Below, piece by piece: positions 52,521 to 64,000 of a stretch of DNA of 64,000 bases. The translations under genes were made by a program, and so were the position numbers. Source of the DNA: Proteromonas lacertae (lineage: Eukaryota); the NCBI GenBank assembly GCA_002245135.1, contig NGBS01000584.1, forward strand, positions 1 through 64,000, in the 5' to 3' direction. Within the stretch, counting starts at the first letter, position 1; each line of letters starts with the position of its first letter. The notes below the pieces were generated by a model, which was given only the letters and a program-made list of their open reading frames with translations, had not been told where the DNA came from and did no database searches.

Positions 52521-54654
52521 ATGTTGAATATTTACCCTAATAGATCGTGTACAGATACAAAAATTATACAGGTATAATATATGTGACAATATACCGTTAG
52601 TTAAATCCACAAAATGGAATAATTACCTCTGTTGAACAAAATCAACATGTTGTATTGATATGTAGTATTGAACAAGTTTATTTAATATAAATAGATAATA
52701 AAGAAATAACAGTAATGAAATGTGAATTGAATGAAAGTGTAAATGAGAATGAGTGTTTAGTTAACAGTTCACTTGTTTCGTTACTCTCTTTACATGGTTG
52801 CAATGTAAAAGTTAATTTATTAGATGAAAATATAATTGAAAGTATAAAATTGACAGTTTGTTTTTGTAATCCTCTCACTTCCATCCTTCCAACTGTTTCT
52901 GAAATAAAAAACCATTTGATAGATATTCCAATTCACAATGAGTATCAATATCTAATAGAAAATGAATGTTATTCAGTTATGATAAAGATATTATCTATTA
53001 ATGATGATGAAAATGTGAAGGAATATTATTATGTAAATGAATCAACAGATATTTCAATTGAAGATGTAAATAAAGAAGATGAAGAATATGTTTCATTATA
53101 TTTAGAGAATTCTGTATGATTATCATTCTTTATAATGTAAAAAAATAGAGGAAAGACTTAACAAAATCAATTGAAATACTTACAACTCCAAAATATCAAT
53201 TATTACCATTAAATAAACTATTTATCATTAGAGGAAATAAAAAATCAGGTAAAACAGTGTATATCAAACAAATAATGAATGAATTGAAAGTAAATTGTTA
53301 TTACATAAATCTCAATGATTTAATAGATCACAGTTTTATAATTCCATTTAATGCAACTGACAATTCTACATCTAATAAAAGCAACATACTCATAATAGAT
53401 GATTATTATTTAATGGAATATTATAAAGATAAGATATCTGATTTTAATAACAATTTTGATGGATGGTATTCATATTTCAAAGCAATTCTTATTATTATTC
53501 GAGATAATACAAATGTTTCATCATTTCTTAATAGTATATGTTATTGATATAACGATAAATAGAATATCATCCTAAAATAATAGATTTACCATATCCAAAT
53601 GAAATAGAAAGAGGAAAATTAATTGATTTCTTCATTCATAAACACAGTAAAATCATATTATTGCCTGAAATACATGATTGTTTGTTAAAGTATTTGAAGG
53701 GATACACAGTAGGTGAAATAAAATCAATAATTATAAAATTTGTAGAAGAATACAAAGAAATGAAAGAAGATAGTAGTAAGTATGAAAGTATTTTATTAAA
53801 GTTATATGTCTTATATCCACCACATCATATGAAATCATATATTAGTGAATGTATAAATATGTATTATGTATATATAATAATGAATAGTACCAAGGGTAAG
53901 TTTTGATGATTTGGGAGGAATAAAGGAAGTATATTATAAGTTATATAAAAGTGTTATAATGCAGTGGAAATATAGTAATAAAATGAAAGAAATGGGAATA
54001 AGATTTCCAAGTGGAATATTGTTGTATGGCAAAAGTGGAACTGGGAAAAGTATGATAGTTGAAGCATTATCAAAAGAATGTGAAGTTCCATTAATAAAAG
54101 TCAAAAGTTCTTCACTTTATTCAAAATATTTTGGTGAAAGTGAAGAGAATATTCGAAGAATATTTAATGAAGCAAATCAGTCTGTACCAATAATACTATT
54201 CTTTGATGAAATCGATTGTATTGGAATGAAAAGAGGTAAAATAGATAATAATAATTACAGTGAAGATAGAATAGTAAGTACATTATTAACAGAAATGGAT
54301 GGAATAAATACAACAGATAATGGGATATTAGTAATTGGAGCTTGTACTGATAAAGATGTATTAGATGAAGCTTTATTAAGGCCAGGAAGATTTGACGAAT
54401 TAATAGAAATGAAAATACCAAGTAATAGTGAAGAAAGGTATGATATATTGATGAAATTAACAAGGAAATTGAAATTAGATGAATCTGTTGATTTGAAAGA
54501 ATTAAGTGAAGATAATTTCACATTGAATTATAGTGGAGCTGATTTACATGGGTTATGTAGAGAAGCTGAGATAAATTCAATTAGAGAAGGGAGAGAAGGT
54601 ATTGCAAATAAAGAAGACTTTCTTAATGCAATACAATCAAAATACAATCATTAA
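52521..54654 (+). CDS. Type II AAA+ ATPase, CDC48/AFG2-like, degenerate D1 and intact D2
   Basis: D1 remnant IRGNKKSGKT; D2 GILLYGKSGTGKS, SKYFGESE, FFDEID, LLTEMDG, ALLRPGRFD and YSGADL..LCREA. Start approximate. Confidence 0.85.
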
Positions 54655-54698
54655 AAAGAGAAACGAATTAAAAAGGAAGAAAATTGTTTTTTTATTTT

Positions 54699-55560
54699 TT
54701 ATTTATTTTCTGTAGTGTATATTCTATTATTGACTGTCTCAATAAATTGCACATAATTTTACACCCATCTAAACAGAGTATCATTTCATTTTCACTTTCA
54801 CCAGAAGACAATGTACCTTCCTGAGAATAATATGTAATTTGCTAATGCAATATATACAAAATTATACATTCATTGATTTCATATATCCAATCGTAATTGT
54901 AGCATCACAATTCAACATTTCAATATTTGATGGATCAATTATAAACTGATTATTTAATACTCCAACGGTGCAACTACCAATTATGTCATATAATTCCATT
55001 CCTGTATCTATTAAAGCCAATGATGCACAAGATATTGCTGCAGATATTTCAGCTATTAAAATATATATAAAATAATAGATAACTATACATCCATCAGATT
55101 CTAAAACATAAATATATATTTCTATATTGGATTTGGGATACTTTTCAATACAGATCATTGGCTTTATTGCGCCTTCTATTAACTGACTTAATTCTTTTTC
55201 ATCTTGTTGTTGGCCTTTACCTCGAATTGTTGGAGTTGAGAAAGGTGCATATTTGAAATCACACTTCACAGTTGCAGTTTCACTAAAGTCAGTTCTCCAT
55301 AAACTTGCTCTAGGACCATGCACAGATGCTATTACTTTAGTATTACCATATTCAAGATAAGCAGATCCAGAAGCTTGTGTCACAACACCAAATTTAACGT
55401 CTATTTACAATAAATACCAATGATATATACACAACCTCCTCAATTCTTGAGTTTCTCTATCATCAACACGTAAAAGTATCCCATTATTTAATTTATCTGT
55501 TAGTAAACAATCCTTAGATATTTGAGGTGTTTTATCAACTGGTTCATAAGAATTTGACAT
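54699..55560 (-). CDS. Exosome RNase PH-like subunit (MTR3/RRP41-like)
   Basis: R.D.R...ELR, VTQASGSAYLEYGNTKVIASVHGPR, FKYAPFS, KYPKS.I.IY..VLESDG and ASLALID.G; three introns. Confidence 0.9.
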
Positions 55561-55631
55561 TTTTAATTTCTCAAGTCTCGAGCTTTTCTGTTTAAGCTTG
55601 AATATATTTTTTGATTTTTCAACTGTAATAT

Positions 55632-56831
55632 ATGGATAGAGCAGATTCTTTTGATTTCACTCAGATAAGTGATGTATCACAAATAAAATCTGAGGAAGGC
55701 AGTGGAAGAATAACTCCACAGATACCAATATCTCAAGTACAGCAGTATCCCTTACCTTCAAATTATCACAGAGTATAGTAATCAGTTATTTATTATTTTA
55801 TATAGTTGGAGGTTGACAATTACAAAAATGTCGTTGAATTAAGGAATTTACAGAATGAAATGAATGCTTGTTTAAAAGTCAATGAAAAATATAAATCAAT
55901 GATATCACAATTAAACCTTGAATTGCAAAATACAGTCAAAATGTTTGAAGAAAGATATGCAGAACAGAAGAATGAGTTAGACGTTGTCAATAACGAAAAT
56001 ATCGAACTTAGAGATTTATTAGATAAAGTAAAAAATAGGTTAGTTGAATTAGACAATGAAAATAATGATTTAAAAATTGAAATAGACAAGAATTTCATTC
56101 TTAATCAACAAAAAGACCAGGAATATAACGATCTATTAGTAAAATATAATATGTATGAAAAAGAAAATGTATACTTTCAATATATATATATACTTTTAAA
56201 TAGTCTGAATTAAGCAAATGTTGTAGTAGTTTGGAAGAATCTTTAAATGAAATGAATAACAATAAAATGAACTATGAAAAAGAAATAACTGATTTAAAAG
56301 ACTCAATACAAAAGACATCAATAGAAAATAGTAAGATTATTCAAGACAAAAACAAAGAAATTGGTAGTTTAGTTGTTACTTTTGTATATGTTTTTCATGT
56401 TTTTAATATATTAGAATGAAATGAAAAGTGAAAGTGAAAAATTGAACAATGAAGTGTTGAACTTGAGAGAAGAGTTCAAATTATTACATACAAATTATAG
56501 AAATATGGAAGGTGAGTGTAATAAATTAAGGACAGAGAATGAAAGTTTAAAAAAGAGTGAAATAAACTACAAAAAAGAGATTGAAAAGAAGGATAATACT
56601 ATAAATGAAATGAAGGTAAAATATGAAGGTGGTTTAGCTTCAAAAGATTCAATAGTGAGAGAACAACAGATTGAATTGGCAAAATTACATAAAATAATTG
56701 CAGATTTGACATTTGAAACTTACAAGCTTGTTGGATCGAGTGAAGAAAATCCAATGTTGACAAACGCTAATACATCTACATCTTTGAATCATTCAAGTCA
56801 ATATTCTTTTATGTTGAATAATCATAATTAA
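55632..56831 (+). CDS. Coiled-coil hypothetical protein
   Basis: Heptad-rich ORFs 55806-56213, 56231-56419 and 56421-56831 linked by short introns; ATG 55632. Confidence 0.7.
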
Positions 56832-56963
56832 ATGTATGTATTTGAACTGTTTGTTCTTTGTTTTTTTTAAATAATATTGAGTTTATGAAAATTTTGATAA
56901 ACCATTTTTAAAAATCAATTTCTTTAAAAATCACACTGAAGTTCTCATTAAATCATTACTAAA

Positions 56964-59480
56964 ATGAGTTCTTCATTTTTCACAATTGAATGCAATGAAG
57001 TTGGAGATAATTATGAAGTATAATGATTACTTTTTATCATTAGAATCTGAAGCTCATCCATTCTTCAACTAATAAAAGTGTGTTTGAAACAAGAGATATA
57101 GAAGCAGAAGAAAATAACGAAAAAATCTTGAAGGTGATACTTACTAACAATTTTGATAAGAAGAGTATAGATAAGTTTATAGATAGAGTGCAACTGATAA
57201 ATAGTACATTTAATAACAATTTTATTATAAAATACGAGAAATATTTAGTTAAAGAATATCATTTGTTTGTAATTCGTTCAAAATACGATGATAGTCTTGA
57301 ATCATTAGATGATTTAGCAGTGGAAATGAAACGAAGAGGTGGAGACACATTAATATCAACAATATGTAATGTATTAAAAGATTTTCACAAAATGAACTTT
57401 TATCATGGAGGAATAAAACTGAGTAATATTTACATTTACGATGATGGATATTTAATATCTGATCATTGTTTTAAAATGTTATCTTCTAATAATCCAACAA
57501 TCACAAAAGAAACAGTGTGTACATTAACTCCAGAAGAATTGAGATGTAAAGATATTGGTATAGAAATGGACTTATGGTGTTTAGGTGTTTTACTATACAA
57601 AATATATATTGGAAAATATCCATTTGAAGAGAAGAATGTTATTCAAACTGCTAATAAAATAATAAAAGAAGATTTTCCAAAGTTGCCTGATGGATTTAAT
57701 GAAAGACTAAACATAATATTAAATGGATTATTAAAGAAAGTACCAAAAGAAAGATATACAATAGATGACTTAGAAAATGAATTGAAAAAAATGGATGAGC
57801 AAGCGAATATACATATTGAAAATAGTGATGATGTATGTATATTTAGTAAATACAAGAAACATAAAATGATAGAAATATCTAAAGATGGTAAAACAATTAC
57901 AAATATAAAGAGTGATAGTAAATTTCATTATTGTTTTCATAACATTAAAATGAATAATGGAGTTTATTATTTAAAGTATAAAGTTCATGGATTATATAAT
58001 TTTATGTTTGGAGCAACATCTAAAAAAGAATCGGAAGGTAGAGAATTAGGCAATAAAAATGATAAAACAACTTGTAGTGTTGGAATTCATTCTCGATATT
58101 CTAACTTATATGGTAGTAATGGAATGAAAATAACATTAAAACAGATCCCAATAAGAACAATTGATGATGGTGAATATGAAATCATATATAATATAAATAA
58201 AAAAACAATGAAGATTAGATATAATGATATAACATTTCCTTTATATTCTAAAATACTTAATACACCATTATATCCATTTGTTGGCATTAGTTCAATTAAA
58301 TATAAAGTTGAATTAGTGTCATATAGGAAAGAAGAAGAAGAAGAAGAAGAAGAAGAGAAAAATGATGATGATGAAGTAAATGATTATTATCTGAACTTAG
58401 TGAATTGCTTTACATGGAAGAACAAACATATGAATCTAATTATGAAGAATAATAATAGATTAGTAGTGAATAAAAAATGTAATTATACTAATCATATATG
58501 CTTTCTAAACATTGTGATGAAGAAGAGTATTCATCATTTTTTATTCAGAATCGATGGAAGTAGTTAGTGGATTTGTGTTTGGAGCAACAAAAGAGAATAA
58601 GAAAATGAATAGCATATCCAATGATAAAAGAACATGTGCAATTAATTTTAGTTATGATAAAATAATATTAGAAGGAAAAAATGGAGAAAAAATGTTAAAT
58701 ATAGAAAAGAATAATAGAATAAGATTAAAAGAAAAATGTGAATGTGAAATAATCTATAATATAGATGATAGAATAATGTCAATAAAAGACAATATCAATG
58801 ATGAAGAAGTTGTTTTGTTTACTTATTTATCTATTCCAGTTAGTCCCTTTTGTTGGTATTATGCATGTTGATTGTTCAGCTGAGCTTGTAGATTACTGGG
58901 AAGGAGGTAAAAAAAGAAAAGAAGGAAGTAAAGGAAGATATAAAAGAAGAAGTAAAAAAAGAGAATGTCGTTGAAAAAGAAGAAGTTGATTGTTGTTTTA
59001 TCAAAGATGATATTAAACCATTTGAAATAAAGAATTCTAATAAAAAGATTATAAAAACTGAAGATGGATTTGCTCCATGTTATTTGAATATAAAACTAAT
59101 AGACTGGAATAAATCATTTTATCTTTAGAATTGACGGTGATGATGAAATTTGTATAGGTGGAACTAGTAATAATAAAGTAGAAGATACTTCCTTGATTTG
59201 TGATGATGATAATACTTGCTGCTTTGTTATTACTTCTTCTTTTATACATTTGTGTGGTGGAAATGGGCAAAAAACTTTGGAAGATGAATGTACAGATATA
59301 AAAGGTGTTAAGAATGATATTTATGAGATTATATTCAATGCATCTGAGCATTCTATGAGTGTAAAGTATAAAGATAAATTAGTTGTTTTATGGACAGATA
59401 TTACATTTCCTTTATATCCCTTTGTTAATTTGTTTAATGCAGATAATTCAATAGAATTAATTAAATATTATAAGGAATAA
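56964..59480 (+). CDS. Pseudokinase with three SPRY/B30.2-like domains; four +1 frame breaks in the 3' part
   Basis: FYHGGIKLSNI, ISDHCF, LTPEEL and DLWCLGVLLY; three similar units (~ C..N.....G....F.I...F.FGAT...EIIYN...MS.....L..P..PFV...EL..Y). Confidence 0.7.
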
Positions 59481-59656
59481 GTTATACACAATACAAGTAT
59501 TGGTATACATGTTTGTAATATTAAGTAACTTATGTAAACAATCACTCTTTACAAAATGAGATACAAAAAATATAATCGTTATAATGTTTGGCTTGATCAT
59601 ATAATTTCTATTTGATCTTGCTTCTCATCTAATTGTAGTCATTTTTGCAATATTAT

Positions 59657-62600
59657 ATGTCAAATCTATTAATACTAATAATGATTATAGATTACTTGAC
59701 TTTATTTTTATTTTTTTATTGTTTTATTGAATCTTTCGAACAGGAAGTTGTTAACCCTTCTCAGTTATGTATGTATTTGCAAAGAACAGAAAGGTTAAAA
59801 GAACTTCGAAATCATTGCTTTCGTGAGATTAATAAGAATAATATTGTATATAAGCCATCTATATGTATATTGTAAATAGCTATCATTCTGTTATGAAAAT
59901 TATGTGGATGTAAACTCAACTAATGTTAAGAATACTAAAGTATCAACAGATGATAGAGCTTTTTATATGCTACCAGCTTCAGATTTATATACAAAAGATC
60001 CAAAAGTACCTAATAAAGTAAAAACATATTTTAAACAAGTATTTCATACACTTTTGTTAATCATCTATTCTTAGATTGATAAGGATGTTCTCAGTGGTAG
60101 GATAGACAGTGAAGATGCGAGAACAATTAAAAGATCATATTTAGAAAATGATCCAAAATTAAGAGAAATATTACATTGTCCAAGCGAACCTCCCAAATAT
60201 AGAAAGGATTTATACATAGGAGAAATATATACAGTAGAAGTATACTAATAATGATGTATATAATAGACACATTTGTCGTGTTGTACAAATTACATATCTT
60301 CAATACAAATGACAAAGAATTTCATCCAATCAATAACAACTAAAAACTCAAAATATTATGTTATAACATTTTGTACATATTATCTATGTGATTATGTATC
60401 TGATGATTTAATCTATAAACCTCTCTTCAAGAAGGATAATCATAACAACATCAAATCATTCAATGATACTGTAAAAGATACAATAAAGAGTGAAATATAT
60501 CGTATGTTTAATAAAAGCATGACTTATTACCTTCTCTGTGGTTATCCTTATAATGAATTAAGACCATTGACTTGTACAGCAAATGTATTTGATATTGTAC
60601 CAAAAACATCATTATTGACATTAGTAGATTCATTAGATACATTTATTATATTCAAACAATATATTATGTTTCAAAAATCAGTCAAACAAGTTTGGTATAT
60701 TTTATAATTTATTTTTTGTTTATTATAAATAGTCAAATATCATTTGATATTGATCAAAATGTATCACTCTTTGAAACAACCATCAGAGTATTAGGTGGAC
60801 TATTATCTGCACATACATATGCAATCAATACATCATTGTCTCATTATAATAACTACAATGGATGTTTATTGAAATTAGCTATTGATTTAGGTAATAGATT
60901 ATTATTAGCGTTTAATACAATAACTGGTATACCTTATGGAACAGTTAATCTCAAGTATGGAGTACCATATGGTGAAACTACAATTGCCTCATTAGCTGGA
61001 GCTGGTTCTTTATATTTAGAATTTGGTTATTTATCATCTTTAACTCACAATATGACATATTTACATTATAGTCGTAATGCGTTAATATCATTAATCTATT
61101 CACGTTCTATTGATGATTTATATGGTAAACATATAAACACGAGTAATGGAGAATGGACTGAGAAAACGAATGGTTTAGGTAGTAATAGTGATAGTTTCTT
61201 TGAATATTTATATAAAGGATATGTATTATTCAATGATAGAGAATTATATAAAGCGTTTGTACAATCCATATCTTCAATGGGTTATTATAATATCTATCAC
61301 AATTGGTTAGTGGAAAATGATATTAGTAATCCGTTAAACAGCATATCATTAGGTGTAGATGCATTAGTGACATTCTATCCAGGTTTACTCGCTCAAAATG
61401 GAATGTTTAAGTTAGCAACTTCCACAATGATTCCTATATTGAATGTATGGGATAGAAATGATTATTTTCCTGAGATGTATTCCATTAATAGCAGAGGTCC
61501 AGCTATGAATAGTGGTAATAGTAGATATTTACTAAGACCAGAAACTATTGAGAGTCTAGTACATATTTATCAAGGAACGAAAGATGAGAATTGGTTATTT
61601 GCTGGATTAAATATATTGGAAAGCATAAGGAAATTAGAAGTTAAAGTATAATTTATTATTATTATTATTATATAGTATGGTTTTTCATCTGTTGAAAATA
61701 TTCGAACTGGTGAATTATTGGATGAAATGCCTTCCTTTTTCTTATCAGAGACATTGAAATATTTATACTTATTATTTGATGATGATAATAATATAGTCTT
61801 TCAATTACCAACTGTATTAACAACAGAAGGACATCCATTTTTAATTAGATTAGCTCAAACTTCTGATATTAATGATTACTTGAAAAGACAAGGGAAAATA
61901 TTTGATGATTCTGAATTTAGCTGTATTTTTGACACATCTTTATTACCATTGAAATATGAATGTGTAAATGAATCACCTTTTCTCTATAAAACATATTATC
62001 ATCGTAATGATAATGAAAATGATGATGAAAATGATGAAGAAGAAGAAAATGAAGAGGACAATATCAATAATAAAAACAAGAAGAAAGAAAAATCAGTATT
62101 GCCTAATAAAACACAACACTTTAGTATTCCTGAATTAGGAGCATTTAATGTAACAAATGTAGTTGATGGATTTGAAGTTTTACATATAAAGTATATATAT
62201 ATATATTGTTATTGTCATAGTTCAAGTGAATCAATATTAATGAACAGTCTTGTAGGAGATGTAATGGTAATATCACACAAAATAGAGAATAGAAATCCAA
62301 CCAACTACATATATTCAGATGGTAAGTTAAAGAATTGTGTAATTTACTCCATATTATTTCCATTCAATATGTATTGTTCACCTGCCACATTTGCTGTCAC
62401 TAACTTTACACTAAAATCGATGGTTTATATTCCACCACCAGATATCAAACTGAATGAAAATGACACAACAGATACTGAAAAAAGTGAAGGATGTAAATCA
62501 TTAATGAATTATACTTCAATCATAAAAGGTAAAATTGTATATTTAGATAGAGGAGGTTGTAGTTTCTCATTGAAAGCGAAGAATGCTGAAGATGCTGGAG

Positions 62601-63035
62601 CTGTTGGTTTAATAGTAGGTAACTTAGATACAGATCACGTCTTTACTATGTCTTCTACTCCAATTAATAATGTAACTGTTTATTCAAATATACCTGTTGT
62701 AATGATTAAAAAGAGTGATGCAAATTTAATGAAATCTTTTATTATACAGAATCCTTATACACCCTGTAATGTGATGTTGAAATCTGATGTTGTAAAGAAA
62801 GGTAGAATATCAGTATATATATTATATTATATTATATTATTTAATTATTGAATAGATATCAAAACAAATGTTTGCCACTTTTATTAATTGTATTAATTTC
62901 AGAGTTTTATTAACACAAATACCAGGTACTGGTATGGCACAGTTAGCTATTTTACCACCTGAGAATAGTACTGCAACTACTACAGCAAATAAGAATAATT
63001 CAACCGATTCTTCGAAAATTAAAGGAAAGAAGTAA
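59657..63035 (+). CDS. EDEM-like GH47 alpha-1,2-mannosidase with PA domain and N-terminal MRH-like domain
   Basis: Hydrophobic N-terminus; ELRPLTC, TLVDSLDT, VSLFETTIRVLGGLLSAH, TGIPYGTVNL, DSFFEYL, LRPETIES, MPSFFLSETLKYLYLLF, LTTEGHP; PA domain RGGCSFSLKAKNAEDAGAVGLIV. Confidence 0.88.
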
Positions 63036-63143
63036 GTTCGTGTTTTTATTACTTTTAATTTATTATTTTTCCTGTCTTTATTGTTTTTATGGGTTATAGA
63101 ACCTCTGAACAAATACATTGACAATTAAATTACAGACTATTAT

Positions 63144-63681
63144 TTACATTTCACTCTTCTTCCATAGACGTATAAGAATTGCTATTATTCAAAGATGGTG
63201 GTGGCGGTGAATCAGTTGGAAGCAAAGTTACGGAGTTATAATATAAGCATTTTGATAATTCCTGAATAATATCACCTAAACCATAAATTGGTCGCCAATC
63301 ATCTATCACAGATAATTTTACAATTGAATTGTTATAACAAACTATAGGTTTTTGGCAAGGGTAGTGAGGCAGAACCTATTTCTTCGTTAATTAATACAAT
63401 ATACAGTATATGTAAAAATCTGTGGAGGATCATACGATGAATATACTATTTCTAACATCATAGGATTGTTATTTATGTAATTTAGATCAATGCAGCTCTT
63501 TCTACATTCTTCTGATATGCTTTTAATATCTACAAGTATTAAATAGCACTATACCTATGGCGAGCCTCATTTCACCTGTAGTTTTAGCTAATCTGATTTT
63601 CTTTATTTTTTCACACACTTGGTCATCTTCTGAATCACTAGCATAATCTTCATGTTTTCTTTTCGGAGGTTTATTATCCAT
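63144..63681 (-). CDS. UBC-fold (E2-like, UBC12-like) protein lacking the catalytic Cys
   Basis: Three exons: TTGEMRLAIDI, FTYTVLPHYPCQKPIV and VKLSVIDDWRPIYGLGDII; no HPN motif and K in place of C. Confidence 0.55.
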
Positions 63682-63802
63682 AAAGGTCAAAGGCTAATCA
63701 CAACTAAGTATCAAAAATTAGATGGGTTTCAAAAATTGAAAGACGAAAACCGAACTTTTTTATACCTTCTCTTTTGAATTATTTCTCTTATTTACAAAAG
63801 AA

Positions 63803-64000
63803 ATGGATGAAATTGTATTTAAAAGTTGTTATTTGCTATGAAATAGTTGGCACTTCAAGAAGAGCTTATGAAGATTCAAAGCACTAGTAGTAGACAATCT
63901 CTATCAGAAAGAAACTGTGTTGACCTTGTTTTAAAATTAATTAGTTTGAAGAAAGTAGAAGTTATTGGGTATAAAATTTGTATTTAATATATCATAGAAC
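63803..64000 (+). CDS. UFL1: E3 UFM1-protein ligase 1, 5' end only
   Basis: Spliced MDEILALQEELMKIQSTSSRQSLSERNCVDLVLKL; LSERNC is the conserved UFL1 N-terminal motif. Confidence 0.88.

Noticed and set aside
1..64000. Stop-codon reassignment (TAA read as an amino acid), prompted by isolated in-frame TAAs at 48462, 29223 and ~50752
   Set aside because: ORFs of 2294, 1114 and 657 aa have no internal stops in very AT-rich DNA, and conserved genes end at TAA or TAG as expected.
1..64000. Genes needing polyadenylation to complete their stop codon (Blastocystis phenomenon)
   Set aside because: Every gene end I could trace has a genomic stop upstream of the TGTTTGTT-like motif; no case is supported here.

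Overview
This is very AT-rich, gene-dense eukaryotic nuclear DNA, not prokaryotic. It holds about 28 protein genes interrupted by tiny GT-AG introns (about 22-48 nt, typically GTAT...TAG), with intergenic gaps often under 150 nt. The tiny introns, a TGTTTGTT-like element after gene ends, a targeted methylmalonyl-CoA mutase and an IFT46 gene point (by inference) to a flagellated anaerobic stramenopile of the Blastocystis/Proteromonas lineage. From left to right: (1) a mostly intronless glycan synthesis/O-acetylation cluster at 1-8.7 kb (GT92-like, GT31, UDP-sugar pyrophosphorylase, DUF3405-like, two AT3-SGNH acyltransferases); (2) a probable single ~14.9 kb multidomain gene; (3) ARMH1, IFT46, a PAXX-like gene, ARP1-like and ARM-repeat genes; (4) a Rab and two NEK-like kinases sharing a 375-bp identical tract; (5) MUT and PRP38-Tudor; (6) a gene the ORF track almost misses, with 18 consecutive 111-nt phase-0 exons each coding one 37-aa TPR-like repeat, one carrying an in-frame stop; (7) pseudokinase-LRR, GNAT, AAA+ ATPase, exosome RNase PH subunit, pseudokinase-3xSPRY, an MRH-GH47-PA (EDEM-like) fusion, an E2-like gene and the start of UFL1. 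Many reading-frame breaks are single-base insertions, most simply read as assembly errors. I saw no rRNA, tRNA, CRISPR or transposon. Gene models were spliced by eye and no database searches were run.
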